Shown piece by piece: positions 62,289 through 64,000 of a stretch of 64,000 bases of DNA. Within the stretch, counting starts at the first letter, position 1. Each line of letters starts with the position of its first letter. Both the position numbers and the translations under genes were made by a program. Below the pieces are notes generated by a model. The model made no database searches. It had not been told where the DNA came from and was given only the letters and a program-made list of their open reading frames with translations. Origin of the DNA: Botryllus schlosseri (Eukaryota); contig CM119371.1 of assembly GCA_051294905.1 (NCBI GenBank), positions 19,904,001 to 19,968,000 of the forward strand, read 5' to 3'.

Positions 62289-63506
62289 TCAGAGGCAGTA
62301 CTCGCACACGTAGAAGTTGCTCCCATCCGGAGGAACGAACTGAATGGAACTATAAGCGCTCCCGATCGCAACCCCGTATTCAGAAGCATCTGCGTCTCCT
62401 ATCAGAGTAGTGTCGCTGTCATCAAGAAAGTACGAAAGGCTGTTGGCGCCATATGTTGCTTCCACCCAGACAAGGCCGTCCGTCCCGAAGTAATCGAATT
62501 CAAGCAAAGGCAACCAAACCGTCCCCGACAATCCCAGCAGATCCGCTAAGAGCGCTCTGCAATTGCAAGTATCTGGAAAAATTGCACCGAGGACCATCAA
62601 ATTATCTCAGTACTCAGTTCGTCAGTAATGTATGGTATGGTCCACGGAAACATTTTATTCTGCCCAGAAAAGACCTACGAAAAATATTGATAAATCCGTA
62701 GTAAACTTTGAGCTACTGCTGTGACATAACAAAACTTTTCTCGATTTCTTTCACTATTTAATATTGATTAATTTTATTTTTGCAATAATATTTTATATGT
62801 TAATGCTGGTGCATTGCATCTAGACCCACGCATACGCAAAGGTTTCGGTTGTTAAGCTCAAGGCAAAAAAGACTTCATTCGGGGAAGAGTTCATCATGCT
62901 TATCACGTTTAAATAGTATATTCATATTGAAATGAATATCAACATCCGTATCACAAAATATGACGTCGCCAGCATGAAATATTGAATGAGAGAGCGTTCA
63001 ATGTACTATTTTTGGGTGGTACACGAACTCCTTTTTTGACAGAGTTTTGGGTGTTGTATTTTGATGAAATTCGACTCCAAGGCACACAAATGGAAGTGTG
63101 AACGGCCCCTCCGAACGACGCGAAATCTGTCGTCTCGATAATTATTCGTTAAAATCGGATTATCCAACAGATGTTTGCCAGAAGTTGAGAGAACAAAAAG
63201 TCATTTTTAAACACCCCTAATGCTCACCTCAGGCCTAGAGAATGTAACGTAAGCAGGAAGGATATTGGAAGATCAGTATAGAATATACCATAAAATCATA
63301 TGTGACGTTATCATATCATGACGGACGTGATGTAACATAAGCCTGGATGCATATACTCACTTCCGATCGATAGCGGTCCTGACGTTCTTATGAGCAATTT
63401 GGGCGCCCTTACGGAAGCAATCCTGAGCTGCTTCTTCAATTGCCGAGGGTCCCGTTCCAACCAGATAGCGACATCCTTTATATTCTTGCCAATCCTTGTA
63501 ATATGC
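62289..63506 (-). pseudogene. C-type lectin-like gene, two visible exons, disrupted
   Basis: Exon 63361-63506 (DWQEYKGCRYLV..EEAAQDCFRKGAQIAH) with a GTGAGT donor joins in phase to exon 62289-62674 (KCFRGPY, then a frameshift/stops, then LGAI..TVWL..VWVE..FYVCEY*). These are CTLD-like start and end motifs. Confidence 0.55.
62909..63180 (-). mobile_element. Older Penelope-like fragment lacking the hammerhead segment
   Basis: Diverged match to 24547-24890, with ~75 bp of the pLTR missing between ATTGAAATGAA and TATCAAC. Confidence 0.85.
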
Positions 63507-64000
63507 CTGGAATATCAAGGCACCAGGGAAAGACCATACTACGAGATATTGAAGGGTTCGCGGTCGCGGAAGTAAAAGAGAAATGCGAATACCACGAACC
63601 CGCCGCCACTAAGCTCCAGTTAAAAATTGGCAACAACAGAACAAATGCTGAGCACTTTTTGAACAAAAAGTATGCAATTCCTCTTGCAAACCATGTGATC
63701 CTCTAAACCAGTGGTATTCAACCGGGGTCCTCGAAACCACTGAATTTAAGAAACGATTCATAGTTGGTAATTATCTAAATTATTGAATAAAGAAGCGGTT
63801 TTACTTCATAACGGCCAGCATTTCAGGACTCACATCAGCATAATGAGCGTCTGACAAGAAATATCATACCGTGTTAACTCATTTTAATTTTCAATTGTCA
63901 ATAGCTTATTAATACAGCGGCGCGGAAGAAGAGGAGCCAAGAATGATCTCCTACGCGGAATCGAAGCCGGGTTTGTCGGACCGCGGGGATCCGTGAAGGT

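Overview
AT-rich, intron-containing metazoan (invertebrate, possibly ascidian; inference) genomic DNA, almost entirely nested transposable elements, with no intact host gene that I can recognise. The dominant structure is a 16.8 kb fold-back element (35097-51899). It has ~6.0 kb inverted arms around a 557 bp spacer, AGTAGT...ACTACT termini and a near-perfect 6 bp TSD. Its arms appear to carry heavily decayed Polinton/Maverick pPolB, ATPase and integrase remnants in Maverick gene order, so it is a candidate non-autonomous 'copy-back' palindromic Maverick. Also present: a full-length but inactivated two-gene Harbinger (14354-20342); an internally deleted EnSpm/CACTA element (21847-26852); a Sola-like element with ~780 bp TIRs (1396-3284); Penelope-like retroelement sequence at three loci, carrying three copies of a minimal hammerhead-ribozyme motif; many hAT-type MITEs with 8 bp TSDs; a LINE 3' fragment; tRNA-derived SINEs; and a disrupted C-type-lectin-like gene at the right end. 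All family assignments come from reading termini, TSDs and translated motifs by eye. No database search was run.
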